From: an uncultured Hyphomicrobiales bacterium
GTDB taxonomy: Bacteria; Pseudomonadota; Alphaproteobacteria; Rhizobiales; BM303
DNA length: 64,000 bases
Direction of reading: 5' to 3'
NCBI GenBank assembly: GCA_964533415.1
Contig: CAZHLV010000085.1
Location: 628-64,627 of the forward strand
Part shown: in pieces, positions 1 to 8,797 of the stretch
Layout of the letters: the number at the start of each line of letters is the position of its first letter
How positions within the stretch are numbered: position 1 is the stretch's first letter
Translations under genes and position numbers: made by a program
The notes under the pieces: generated by a model
Databases searched by the model: none
Told to the model about the DNA's origin: nothing
Seen by the model: only the letters and a program-made list of their open reading frames with translations

Positions 1-1534
1 CGGTTGTCACCTCATAACCGATCCGGTCCAGATAGGAAGGATCAGCGCTCAACTTGGGCAGCATTTCATTGACGATAATTGAAAGCGGAACACCCCAATA
101 GGGATTAAACTCGACCGTTTCGATCTCGTCATAAAAGAAGCTGGTCTGGTTGGTCTTCTTGCCCACCACGACACGCATGGAAAGCTCCGGCTTGCCATTG
201 TTGAAATAGGTTGCCCGGTAGGCCGGCTGGTTGATGAACACGTAGCGCTTGCCAAATTCGCGCGGCAGCCAGCGCAGGCGTTCCATGGCAAACTTGACCT
301 TCTGGATCCTGGAAGCGTTGGTATCCCCGCCCATGAGAGCCGCGATGGTTCTGCGGCCAATGATCCCGTCAGCGCCCAGTTTGTTCTCGCGCTGGAAATC
401 ACGCACCAGCTTGACCAGTTCAGGGGTATAAACCTCCTCCCCGGCATAGGCGGCCAGCACGGCGGCATGTTTTTCTTTCAGCATATCAGAACCGCGCAGT
501 TTAATGGCGGCCACGATATTGGCCAGTTCGGGACTGGAGCGCCCCGGCTTGAGCAATGTTCCCGGGGCGATTTCGATACGCTGTTCTTCGCCTTGCGCCA
601 CGAGCCGGGCAAGCTCGGCTTCAAGCGCCTTGAATTGCCAGCTCTGCGGCTGGCGGCTTTCAAGATATTTACCGATATCACCGCTTGCCGCGATCTCTTC
701 CATGGCGGCTTTCAGGTCAACCTTTTTGCGAGGCAGGTCATGATAGCCGGACAAGCGGTTGGGATTGATGCGCCCGCGCGTAGCATCAAGCACATAGGTA
801 AGCACCTTGGCGCTCATGGTCATTTCAAAGGTGACGAGTTCCTTTTGCCGCGCCTCTTTTGCCAGGCGCGCCATCTCGGCCGGATCAGGTTGATCGGCAT
901 CGGCATCGCCTTGCGCCAACTGGACCGGGGCCTCAGGGGCCGGCAGGGCCACCTTGTAATCAGAAGGCACGAGCCCGTAATGATCGGCGCGCTGGAAAAC
1001 AGCCATGGCCGAACGGGCTTTTACATCCACCCTTCCATCCTTGACCCAGATGAACTCAGGCTTGGCCGCGTAATGGGCAATAAGCGCCTTGCCAACCTCT
1101 TTGGGCATTCGCAGCTTGAAGGATTTCAGGTAAATCCGCGCCTCTTCAAAGGGCGTGGGAGGCGGGGCCGATGCCGTGGTGGTGGCTGGTGGAACCTGCC
1201 CGGCCCCATCTGCCGGAGGAGCAGATGCAGGCGTGTTTGCCGCTGCCGGCGCAGGGGCTGCAGGAGAAACGGCAAGAGCCGCCAGCTTATACGTTTTCAC
1301 CGCATCTGGCCGGTAGGTATAATATTTTGGACTGGAGATGCGCACCCTTGGCCGTGCACGCTCGCGCTCGCGGCGCAGTTCTTCCTCGCGCATACGCCGA
1401 CGCTCTTGGTAAGAGGGGCCACCAAACAGGCGCTCAAAAAAACCATCGGCTCGCACCTGGGTCGGCACAGCCACAAAGCTGCCAGCCAGGATCAGCCCGA
1501 CCATTGAAATCTTGATTGGCGTATCCAGCGCCAT
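1..1534 (-). CDS. L,D-transpeptidase (YcbB/LdtD-like with peptidoglycan-binding domain); 3' end runs off the window
   Basis: My own reverse-complement translation from ATG at 1534..1532 gives MALDTPIKISMVGLILAGSFVAVPTQVRA (signal-like). It continues with LVRDFQRENKLGADGIIGRRTIAAL (PG-binding-like) and YVFINQPAYRATYFNNGKPELSMRVVVGKK. The frame stays open to base 1. It is absent from the ORF track, presumably because no stop lies in the window. Confidence 0.75.
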   Translation of the reverse strand, partial: MALDTPIKISMVGLILAGSFVAVPTQVRADGFFERLFGGPSYQERRRMREEELRRERERARPRVRISSPKYYTYRPDAVKTYKLAALAVSPAAPAPAAANTPASAPPADGAGQVPPATTTASAPPPTPFEEARIYLKSFKLRMPKEVGKALIAHYAAKPEFIWVKDGRVDVKARSAMAVFQRADHYGLVPSDYKVALPAPEAPVQLAQGDADADQPDPAEMARLAKEARQKELVTFEMTMSAKVLTYVLDATRGRINPNRLSGYHDLPRKKVDLKAAMEEIAASGDIGKYLESRQPQSWQFKALEAELARLVAQGEEQRIEIAPGTLLKPGRSSPELANIVAAIKLRGSDMLKEKHAAVLAAYAGEEVYTPELVKLVRDFQRENKLGADGIIGRRTIAALMGGDTNASRIQKVKFAMERLRWLPREFGKRYVFINQPAYRATYFNNGKPELSMRVVVGKKTNQTSFFYDEIETVEFNPYWGVPLSIIVNEMLPKLSADPSYLDRIGYEVTT

Positions 1535-1875
1535 AACGCACCTCCACTTAATTGCCACATCTTGCTCTTCCGTGCATCTGATCGCGTCCTATACCCCGAA
1601 CTGAGCATTTTAACCATAATGATCTCTTACCGGTAGCAACTTTGCGCCGAATTTAAGTCACAATCGTGTCATAATTGCATCAAGGTGAGCGTAGAATCCA
1701 AAATTTTTCCTTGAAACAGCACGGGATGACGCCCCCCGGATTTCCCCAGATTGCATCTGGAAATTCACACCTTGCTGCACTACACTTTGCCGTTATAACA
1801 ACCTTGCCCTTAGAGAATCCGGCGCCGCGCTGTGAGGAGCGCCCAGAAAGCATCACGCAAAAGGTAGAAAAATTC

Positions 1876-2838
1876 ATGAACATGTTCTTTAAAGCCGCCC
1901 TTGCCGTACTGGCCCTTGGTGTATTCACCCCTTCCGCCATGGCTGCGGATAAACATATCGCCATCACCCAGATCGTGGAACACCCCGCCCTTGACGCTAC
2001 CCGCAAGGGGGTGAGGGACACCTTGGAAAAGGCTGGCTTTATTGTCGGCAAGAATCTGAAATGGACCTATGAAAACGCGCAAGGCAACGGTGTTACCGCC
2101 GGACAGATTGCCAAAAAATTTGTCGGGGAAGCCCCGGATGTAATCGTCGCCATAGCCACCCCTTCGGCCCAGACCGTGGCGGCAGCCACCAAGACCATTC
2201 CGCTGGTATTCTCCGCCGTGACCGATCCTGTCGGCGCCAAGCTGGTGAGCAACTGGGAAAAACCCGGCGCCAATATCACCGGCACCTCGGACATGTCCCC
2301 CATCGCGGCGCATCTGAAACTGGTTAAAGATCTCGTGCCTGACGCCAAGCGCCTCGGGGTTGTCTCCAATCCGGGTGAGGCCAATTCGGTGACGCTGGTG
2401 GAGATGGTCAAAAGGGAAGCCCCCAAGCTGGGCATGTCGGTGAGCGTGGCCGCGGCCACCAAGTCCGGCGAGGTTCTGCAAGCGGCCCGTTCGCTGGCTG
2501 GCAAGGTGGACGCCATTTACATCCCCACCGACAACACGGTGGTTTCAGCCTTCGAAGCGGTGGTGAAGGTTGGCAAGGACGCCAAAATCCCGGTCTTTGC
2601 CGGAGACACCGATTCGGTGGCGCGCGGCGCGGTGGCGGCCCTTGGGTTCAACTATTATGACGTGGGGGTTGAGACCGGGAACATCGTGGTCGAAATTCTC
2701 AAGGGAGCAAAACCGGGGGATATTCCGGTGCGCTTTGTCTCCAGGCTGGAGCTTGCGGTAAACCTGAAATCGGCCAAAGCCATGGGCGTTACTATCCCGG
2801 AAGCCATGATCGCCAAGGCCAAAAAGGTTGTCAAATAG
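1876..2838 (+). CDS. ABC transporter substrate-binding protein (ABC_sub_bind / COG2984-type)
   Basis: Part of ORF 1675..2838. The in-frame ATG at 1876 gives the signal peptide MNMFFKAALAVLALGVFTPSAMAADK. The body matches the periplasmic binding proteins that pair with the next two genes. Confidence 0.8.
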   Translation: MNMFFKAALAVLALGVFTPSAMAADKHIAITQIVEHPALDATRKGVRDTLEKAGFIVGKNLKWTYENAQGNGVTAGQIAKKFVGEAPDVIVAIATPSAQTVAAATKTIPLVFSAVTDPVGAKLVSNWEKPGANITGTSDMSPIAAHLKLVKDLVPDAKRLGVVSNPGEANSVTLVEMVKREAPKLGMSVSVAAATKSGEVLQAARSLAGKVDAIYIPTDNTVVSAFEAVVKVGKDAKIPVFAGDTDSVARGAVAALGFNYYDVGVETGNIVVEILKGAKPGDIPVRFVSRLELAVNLKSAKAMGVTIPEAMIAKAKKVVK

Positions 2839-2868
2839 CCCTGCTCGCAAGAGCTGTCAGGTAAGCCC

Positions 2869-3771
2869 ATGAGTCTGATTGCACTGCTCGGCGCGGTTGA
2901 ACTGGGGCTGTTGTTCGGCCTTGTGGCGCTCGGGGTGTTTTTATCCTTCCGGGTGCTGCAATTTCCCGATCTCACGGTAGATGGCTCATTTCCGCTGGGC
3001 GCGGCGGTGGCGGCGATCCTCATTGTCAGCGGCACCAATGCGTATCTGGCCACCCTTGTCGCCATGGCGGCGGGCGCCGGGGCGGGGCTGGTGACGGCAT
3101 GGCTCAATGTGCGGCTGAAAATCCTGCATCTTCTGGCCAGTATTCTGGTGATGATTGCGCTTTACTCGGTGAATTTGCGCATCATGGGGCGGCCCAATGT
3201 GCCGCTTCTGGGCGAAGATACGGTGTTTACACCACTGGAAGCCCTGCCCTATCCCACCTATGTTACCTTACCAATTGTGTTGTTTGTTCTGGTGGTGCTT
3301 GTAAAGCTCATACTCGACCGTTTCCTGAACTCGGAAATCGGCCTTGCCCTGCGCGCCACGGGGGTCAACCCGCGCATGGTTCAGGCACAGGGGATCAACA
3401 CGGGGGCGAGCATTCTGGCCGGCATGGCGCTGTCCAATGCGCTGGTGGCGCTGGCCGGCGCCCTGTTTGCCCAGAGCCAGGGGGCCGCCGATGTCACCCT
3501 CGGGGTCGGGGTGATCGTGGTCGGGCTGGCCTCGGTGATCGGCGGCGAGGCGCTGGTCAGCCCCAGGACCGTGTTTCGCGCCACGCTGGCCTGCATTGTC
3601 GGTTCGATTCTCTACCGCATGGCGGTCGCCGCCGCGCTCAATGCCGATTTCATTGGCCTGAAGGCACAGGACCTCAACCTGATTACCGCCGTTCTGGTGG
3701 TCATCGCCATGGTGCTGCCCGGGGCGCGCAACCCGCTTAAATTCCTGCGTTCAGGGGAGCGGGGCAAATGA
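2869..3771 (+). CDS. ABC transporter permease (COG4120-type)
   Basis: 300 aa, multi-TM and hydrophobic. The 4-nt overlap with the ATPase gene suggests one operon. Confidence 0.85.
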   Translation: MSLIALLGAVELGLLFGLVALGVFLSFRVLQFPDLTVDGSFPLGAAVAAILIVSGTNAYLATLVAMAAGAGAGLVTAWLNVRLKILHLLASILVMIALYSVNLRIMGRPNVPLLGEDTVFTPLEALPYPTYVTLPIVLFVLVVLVKLILDRFLNSEIGLALRATGVNPRMVQAQGINTGASILAGMALSNALVALAGALFAQSQGAADVTLGVGVIVVGLASVIGGEALVSPRTVFRATLACIVGSILYRMAVAAALNADFIGLKAQDLNLITAVLVVIAMVLPGARNPLKFLRSGERGK

Positions 3772-4559
3772 TCCGCGTATCTGATATTTCCGTGACCTTC
3801 AACACCGGAACCGCCATGGAAACCCCGGCGCTGCGCGGCGTTTCGCTGGAAATTCCCTCGGGCCAGTTCGTTACCGTGATCGGCTCCAACGGGGCGGGCA
3901 AGAGTACGCTTTTAAACGTCATGGCGGGCGAAACCATCCCGGATGCGGGACAGGTGCTGATTGAGGATATCAATGTCACCCGCTGGACCACGGCGCGGCG
4001 CGCCGCACTGGTGGCGCGGATTTTTCAGGACCCCATGGCCGGCTCCTGCGGCTCGCTCAGCATCGAGGAAAACCTCTCGCTCGCCGCCAGCCGGGGCAAG
4101 GGGCGTGGACTGGCCCTTGCTGTCACGCCCTCCTCGCGCCAATCGTTTCGCGCTTCTCTGGCGCGGCTCGGACTGGGGCTGGAAAACCGCCTTGGCGATA
4201 AAATGGAACTGCTTTCGGGCGGCCAGCGTCAGGCGGTCAGCCTGCTGATGGCGACCCTGAAACCGATGAAGATCCTGCTTCTGGACGAGCACACGGCAGC
4301 CCTTGATCCCAAGACGGCGGCATTTGTCATCAAGCTCACCCGCGATATCGTGGCCGAGCAGGGGCTGACCACCTTGATGGTCACCCATTCCATGGCGCAG
4401 GCGCTCGAGGTGGGGCATCGCACCATCATGCTGCATCAGGGCGAGATCATCCTTGACGTGGCAGGCAAGGAACGCGAGGGGCTTGGCGTACAGGATTTGC
4501 TCGACATGTTCCGCTCCGCCCGCGGCGAAGCGCTTGATGATGACAGTGCGCTGGAATAA
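3768..4559 (+). CDS. ABC transporter ATP-binding protein
   Basis: Walker A GSNGAGKST, signature LSGGQRQ and Walker B LLLDEHTAALD. Confidence 0.9.
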   Translation: MIRVSDISVTFNTGTAMETPALRGVSLEIPSGQFVTVIGSNGAGKSTLLNVMAGETIPDAGQVLIEDINVTRWTTARRAALVARIFQDPMAGSCGSLSIEENLSLAASRGKGRGLALAVTPSSRQSFRASLARLGLGLENRLGDKMELLSGGQRQAVSLLMATLKPMKILLLDEHTAALDPKTAAFVIKLTRDIVAEQGLTTLMVTHSMAQALEVGHRTIMLHQGEIILDVAGKEREGLGVQDLLDMFRSARGEALDDDSALE

Positions 4560-4562
4560 GCG

Positions 4563-5390
4563 TCATTTCGCGTTGGGGAAAAACAGTTGCTTGCCGTCCA
4601 GCCGGTAGCTGGCTATGGCGCTTTGCCCTTTTTTGCCCGTCAGCCAGGCAATGAACGCCTTGCCTGAAGATACATGGACATGGGGGTGTTTTTCAGGATT
4701 GACCAGGATCACCCCGTACGGGTTGAACAGGCGCGGATCGCCCTGGCTGAGAATTTTCATCCCTTCCTTGTTCCCAAACGCGATCCAGGTGGCGCGGTCG
4801 GTGAGGGTATAGGCCTTCATGCCCCGGGCGATATTGAGCGTTGCGCCCATGCCCGAGCCGGTCTCGCGGTACCAGTTGCCGCTGCTCTTGTTCACGTCAA
4901 TACCGCTCAGCCGCCAGAGCCTGAGTTCTTTTTTGTTGGTGCCCGAATCATCACCCCGCGAGGCAAAGGGCGCCATGGCGGCGGCGATTTTCTTCAAAGC
5001 CCCGACAATATCCTTGCTTTTTGCAACCCCCGCCGGGTCGGCGCCGGGGCCGACAAGAACAAAATCATTATACATCACATCCCGGCGCGAGACGCCGTAG
5101 CCTTCGGCAACGAATTTTTCTTCTGCATCTCTGGCATGAACCAGCAGGACATCACCATCGCCCCGGCGGCCGTTTTTCAGCGCCTGTCCGGTGCCCACCG
5201 CCACCACCTTGACCGTAATGCCGGTTTCGCGTTCGAAGAGGGGCAGGATATAATCAAACAGCCCGGAATTCTGGGTTGAAGTGGTGGATTGCAGGATAAT
5301 CGATTTTGCCGTTTTTGCATTTGCGGGCAAAACCACCGCCAAGCTGAATAGCAGCATTGCGGCAAGGCCCAAGGCTCTGATCTTTTGCAT
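4563..5390 (-). CDS. tupA: Tungstate ABC transporter substrate-binding protein (TupA-like)
   Basis: Part of ORF 4563..5567. The start is set at M60 (cat at 5388..5390), giving the signal peptide MQKIRALGLAAMLLFSLAVVLPANA. It carries an ILQSTTSTQNSGL anion-binding-type motif and lies in the same strand block as the permease, ATPase and W-enzyme genes. Confidence 0.75.
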   Translation of the reverse strand: MQKIRALGLAAMLLFSLAVVLPANAKTAKSIILQSTTSTQNSGLFDYILPLFERETGITVKVVAVGTGQALKNGRRGDGDVLLVHARDAEEKFVAEGYGVSRRDVMYNDFVLVGPGADPAGVAKSKDIVGALKKIAAAMAPFASRGDDSGTNKKELRLWRLSGIDVNKSSGNWYRETGSGMGATLNIARGMKAYTLTDRATWIAFGNKEGMKILSQGDPRLFNPYGVILVNPEKHPHVHVSSGKAFIAWLTGKKGQSAIASYRLDGKQLFFPNAK

Positions 5391-5415
5391 CTTTATCTGT
5401 CCTGTATGATGGAGT

Positions 5416-6186
5416 TCATTCCGGCGGCAGACGCCCGTCGAGATAACATTGCGCCTCAAGGCAGCCCGGCTCGTCAAAGAATGCGCCCGCCTCGTTCTGG
5501 ACCATGATCTGCCCCTGATGGATGAAAATGATATCATCCGCCACCCGTTTTGCCTGCTTGATATCATGGGTCACGAAAACAATCTTGACCCCCTTGCGAT
5601 CCGCCTCGTCGATCATGTCTTCCACCACGAAATTGGAAGCCGGGTCAAGCGAGGCGGTAGGCTCGTCGAGCAGCACCGCCGCGGGGTTGACAATAAGCGC
5701 CCGGGCAAGGGCCAGGCGCTGTTGCTCACCGCCCGACAAGCGCCGCGCCGGGGTTGCGGCATGGGCATCAAGACGGGCATGGGTCAGCGCCTGCATGACC
5801 ATTTCACGGCGTATCCGGGCCTTGAGTTTCAGCGGGGCAAGCACAAAGGCCATATTGTCAAAAACCGAGCGCCGCAAAAGGACCGGGTTTTGAAAAACCA
5901 GCGCATGGCAATTCAGCCTGCTTTGCTTTTTCTCCCCATCCCGGCTTTCGATCACCCCGGAACTTGGCGGGATCAACCCGGCCAAAAGCCGCAGAAACAG
6001 GCTTTTTCCCGCGCCATTGGGGCCAAGGATAACCGTCTTTCCCGCCGGACCCAGCTCGCAACTGATATTCCGGATCAGTTTCTTTCCACCCAGATCCAGT
6101 GACACGTTGCAAAACCGGATGGGCGCGCAGCGGGCAATGCGGGCGGCAGGCATGTCTTCAGGGCGCTCAAGCATAAGAATCCTCAT
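5416..6186 (-). CDS. tupC: ABC transporter ATP-binding protein (TupC-like)
   Basis: Walker A GPNGAGKS, signature LSGGEQQR and Walker B LLDEPTASLD. The start is uncertain (6186 or 6174) and overlaps the end of the permease gene. Confidence 0.8.
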   Translation of the reverse strand: MRILMLERPEDMPAARIARCAPIRFCNVSLDLGGKKLIRNISCELGPAGKTVILGPNGAGKSLFLRLLAGLIPPSSGVIESRDGEKKQSRLNCHALVFQNPVLLRRSVFDNMAFVLAPLKLKARIRREMVMQALTHARLDAHAATPARRLSGGEQQRLALARALIVNPAAVLLDEPTASLDPASNFVVEDMIDEADRKGVKIVFVTHDIKQAKRVADDIIFIHQGQIMVQNEAGAFFDEPGCLEAQCYLDGRLPPE

Positions 6187-6874
6187 GTGCCGCCGGGCGC
6201 AGCAGGGCAACGGCGGCATTGATGGTCACGGAAATGCAGATCAGGATCATCCCCAGCGCCAGCGCCATGGCCAGAGCGCCTTTTGATGTTTCCAGCGCAA
6301 TCGCCGTGGTCATGATGCGGGTGACATGGTTGATATTGCCGCCGACAATCATCACCGCGCCAACCTCGGAGATGGCCCGGCCAAACCCGGCCAGCGCCAC
6401 CGTGGCCAGTCCAGAACGCCCGTCATGGAGCAAGGCCTTGATGGTCTGCGGACGGCTTAAACCTATGGAGCGGAAAAACTCATCATATTCGCGGTGCAGG
6501 TTGCGCAGGATCGAGTATGAAAGGGCGGCAATCAGGGGCGTGACCAGAAGAATTTGCGCAATAATCATCGCCGTTGGCGTATAGAGCAGCCCCAGAACCC
6601 CCAGCGGACCGGAACGGGACAGGAGAAGATAGACGATCAACCCGACAACCACCGGCGGCAGGCCCATGAAGGCATTGAGCAAAACAACAATCGGGCGGCG
6701 GCCGGGAAAATCAAAGGCGGCCAGCACGGCCCCGGTGCCGAAGCCCAGCAAACAACCGGTCATTACTGCAGTGAGGGAAACCTTCAGGGACAAAAGAACA
6801 ATGGCAAAAAGCTGCGCATCGCCCGAGATGAGCAAATGAAACGCAATGCTGAAAGCCTCGCCGATCTCCCCCAT
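6167..6874 (-). CDS. tupB: ABC transporter permease (TupB-like)
   Basis: 235 aa, multi-TM, with a binding-protein-dependent permease fold motif region (...LSRPQTIKALLHDGRSG...). Confidence 0.8.
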   Translation of the reverse strand: MGEIGEAFSIAFHLLISGDAQLFAIVLLSLKVSLTAVMTGCLLGFGTGAVLAAFDFPGRRPIVVLLNAFMGLPPVVVGLIVYLLLSRSGPLGVLGLLYTPTAMIIAQILLVTPLIAALSYSILRNLHREYDEFFRSIGLSRPQTIKALLHDGRSGLATVALAGFGRAISEVGAVMIVGGNINHVTRIMTTAIALETSKGALAMALALGMILICISVTINAAVALLRPAAHEDSYA

Positions 6875-6915
6875 TTTTTGTCACCTTTCATTCAGGGCCC
6901 GGACGGACAATCGCC

Positions 6916-7260
6916 TTATCCGCCGCCGCGAAAATAAGTGCGGTCAAACCGGGCCAGCATGGCCTGACGCCCGCCTTCCCCGATCCCGTGAAATTCCAGT
7001 GTTATCCGGCATTGCGGCAGGACAATCAAGCCGCCGGGGGAAAAGGGGGGCAATTCTTCTATTCGGATCCGCAGCCCCCGGACCTCATCGCCCAGCAGAT
7101 AGTCGTTCCGTTCGCCCTGATGGCGGGTTTCAGGCGCAAATTTCACCAGGGCGCGGCGAAACTCCCGAATATCCAGCGACATCAGCTTGACAATGGTTTC
7201 CGGCGTCTTGTCCGGGGCCGGCTTATCCACCGGCGACCGGCGGCCAGACGGCGAGAACAT
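6916..7260 (-). CDS. Small hypothetical protein ending in ...FRGGG
   Basis: The ORF lies between the MoaD-like gene and tupB on the same strand. Starting at internal M27 (7182) would remove the 38-nt overlap with the MoaD-like gene. I recognise no family. Confidence 0.4.
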   Translation of the reverse strand: MFSPSGRRSPVDKPAPDKTPETIVKLMSLDIREFRRALVKFAPETRHQGERNDYLLGDEVRGLRIRIEELPPFSPGGLIVLPQCRITLEFHGIGEGGRQAMLARFDRTYFRGGG

Positions 7261-7474
7261 CGTTCTCGTTCAGTATAACTCCATCGACGTCGGCAGGACG
7301 TGAATAAACACCGTTGACCAGGATAATCTGGCAAAGCGGCAGGGCAACGCCGTGATCGGCAAGCACATCGCCTACCGATGCGCCGTCCCTGATTTCGATC
7401 TGCGCCTGGTTGCGAACCGCACCGGGGGGTAAGTGCTTTTCCAGGATGGAAAACAGCTTGAGGGTTATGGTCAT
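7223..7474 (-). CDS. MoaD/ThiS-family ubiquitin-like sulfur-carrier protein
   Basis: 83 aa with C-terminus ...VWPPVAGG (terminal Gly-Gly). It sits directly downstream of the AOR genes. Confidence 0.75.
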   Translation of the reverse strand: MTITLKLFSILEKHLPPGAVRNQAQIEIRDGASVGDVLADHGVALPLCQIILVNGVYSRPADVDGVILNENDVLAVWPPVAGG

Positions 7475-7487
7475 GTAGCCTCCCTTT

Positions 7488-8729
7488 TCAAACCCCGTTG
7501 GTTATCCCCACATAGGCCTCGGCCAGACGCAGCGGGTTTTCGGCCAACCGCTCCTTCCACGTGCCCAGCGGCGCTCCGCTCTGAATGAGCCCGCGCAAAA
7601 CCCCGATATGCTCGGGCAGGCCCAGGCTCTGGGCCCCGACCAGGACATCGCCGTCAAATTCAAGACGCATGTATTTATAGCCCGGCTCATCCAGGGCCAC
7701 CGCGCTTTTCTCGCTTGCCGGTCCGTGGCACAGGCCAAAAGAGGTTGAAATCAGCCCCATGGTATCGAGCACATTCATGGCCAGCGCGCCCTGATAGCGC
7801 GCATTGCCACCGGCCATGTTCGTTGCCGCAACGCGGGCATGATCGACCGCCACCGGCTGGATTGCCATCATCACGGCGCTGCCGGTGGAAAAATCGCGTG
7901 AGCGGGCAATATCACCCGCCGCAAACACGCCTTCGATATTGGTTTGCTGGCGCTCATCCACCAGAATGCCGTAATCAACCTCAATGCCGCTGCCTTCGAG
8001 GAAATCGGTGTTTGGCTTGACTCCGGCGGCCACCACGAGAAGTTTTGCACCAAGGGTCTCGCCATCGCTCAGGTGAATATCAAGGCCCGTATTTGCCTCT
8101 TCCACTTTCTCGATTCTCGTAGCGGTGCGTATATTCACGCCCTTGCCCTCACACCAGCTCTTGAGCAGGGCCCCGGCGGTTTCATCGAGCATGCGGGGGA
8201 CCATGCGGTCCTCGACCTCGACCACGGTGAGATTGACGCCGCGGGACTTGAGCGATTCAAGGATGATGGAGCCGATAAAGCCGGCACCCATCAGCACCAC
8301 ATTGTCTCCCTCGCCCGCCTGCTCTTCTATGGCGCGCATATCGGCGAGGGTCCAGCAATGATGCACACCGGGCAGGTCAAGACCGGGAACATGGGGCTTG
8401 ATGGGGCTGGCCCCGGCGGCGATCAGCAGACGGTCATAATTCACCGCGTTGCCGCCTGCCAGTTCCACGAGCTTGTGCAGGGTGTCAAGCCGCGCCACCG
8501 GCCCGGCGATAACCTCGATCCGGGCCGTGTCATAGTAGCCCGGCTCCTGGCGAAGACGGGTTCCGGCTTCGGATATATTGCCGCTCAGCACATAGGGAAT
8601 AGCCATGCGCGAATAGGGCGGCTCACCCTCGCCGCCAATCAGGGTAATCTTTGAATTGGCGTCATGCTTGCGCAAGACTTCGGCGGCGTTCACACCGGCA
8701 GGGCCCGTGCCTATGATGACATGGTGCAT
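7488..8729 (-). CDS. FAD/NAD(P)-binding pyridine nucleotide-disulfide oxidoreductase (AorC-like subunit)
   Basis: Dinucleotide folds HHVIIGTGPAGVNAAE and VVLMGAGFIGSIILE. It lies immediately downstream of the AOR gene. Confidence 0.8.
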   Translation of the reverse strand: MHHVIIGTGPAGVNAAEVLRKHDANSKITLIGGEGEPPYSRMAIPYVLSGNISEAGTRLRQEPGYYDTARIEVIAGPVARLDTLHKLVELAGGNAVNYDRLLIAAGASPIKPHVPGLDLPGVHHCWTLADMRAIEEQAGEGDNVVLMGAGFIGSIILESLKSRGVNLTVVEVEDRMVPRMLDETAGALLKSWCEGKGVNIRTATRIEKVEEANTGLDIHLSDGETLGAKLLVVAAGVKPNTDFLEGSGIEVDYGILVDERQQTNIEGVFAAGDIARSRDFSTGSAVMMAIQPVAVDHARVAATNMAGGNARYQGALAMNVLDTMGLISTSFGLCHGPASEKSAVALDEPGYKYMRLEFDGDVLVGAQSLGLPEHIGVLRGLIQSGAPLGTWKERLAENPLRLAEAYVGITNGV

Positions 8730-8797
8730 ATCTCATATCTCCAGACAAATAAAAACAAGGGCCACCGGCAAAAACCGATGGCCCGTCATGTTCGCGC

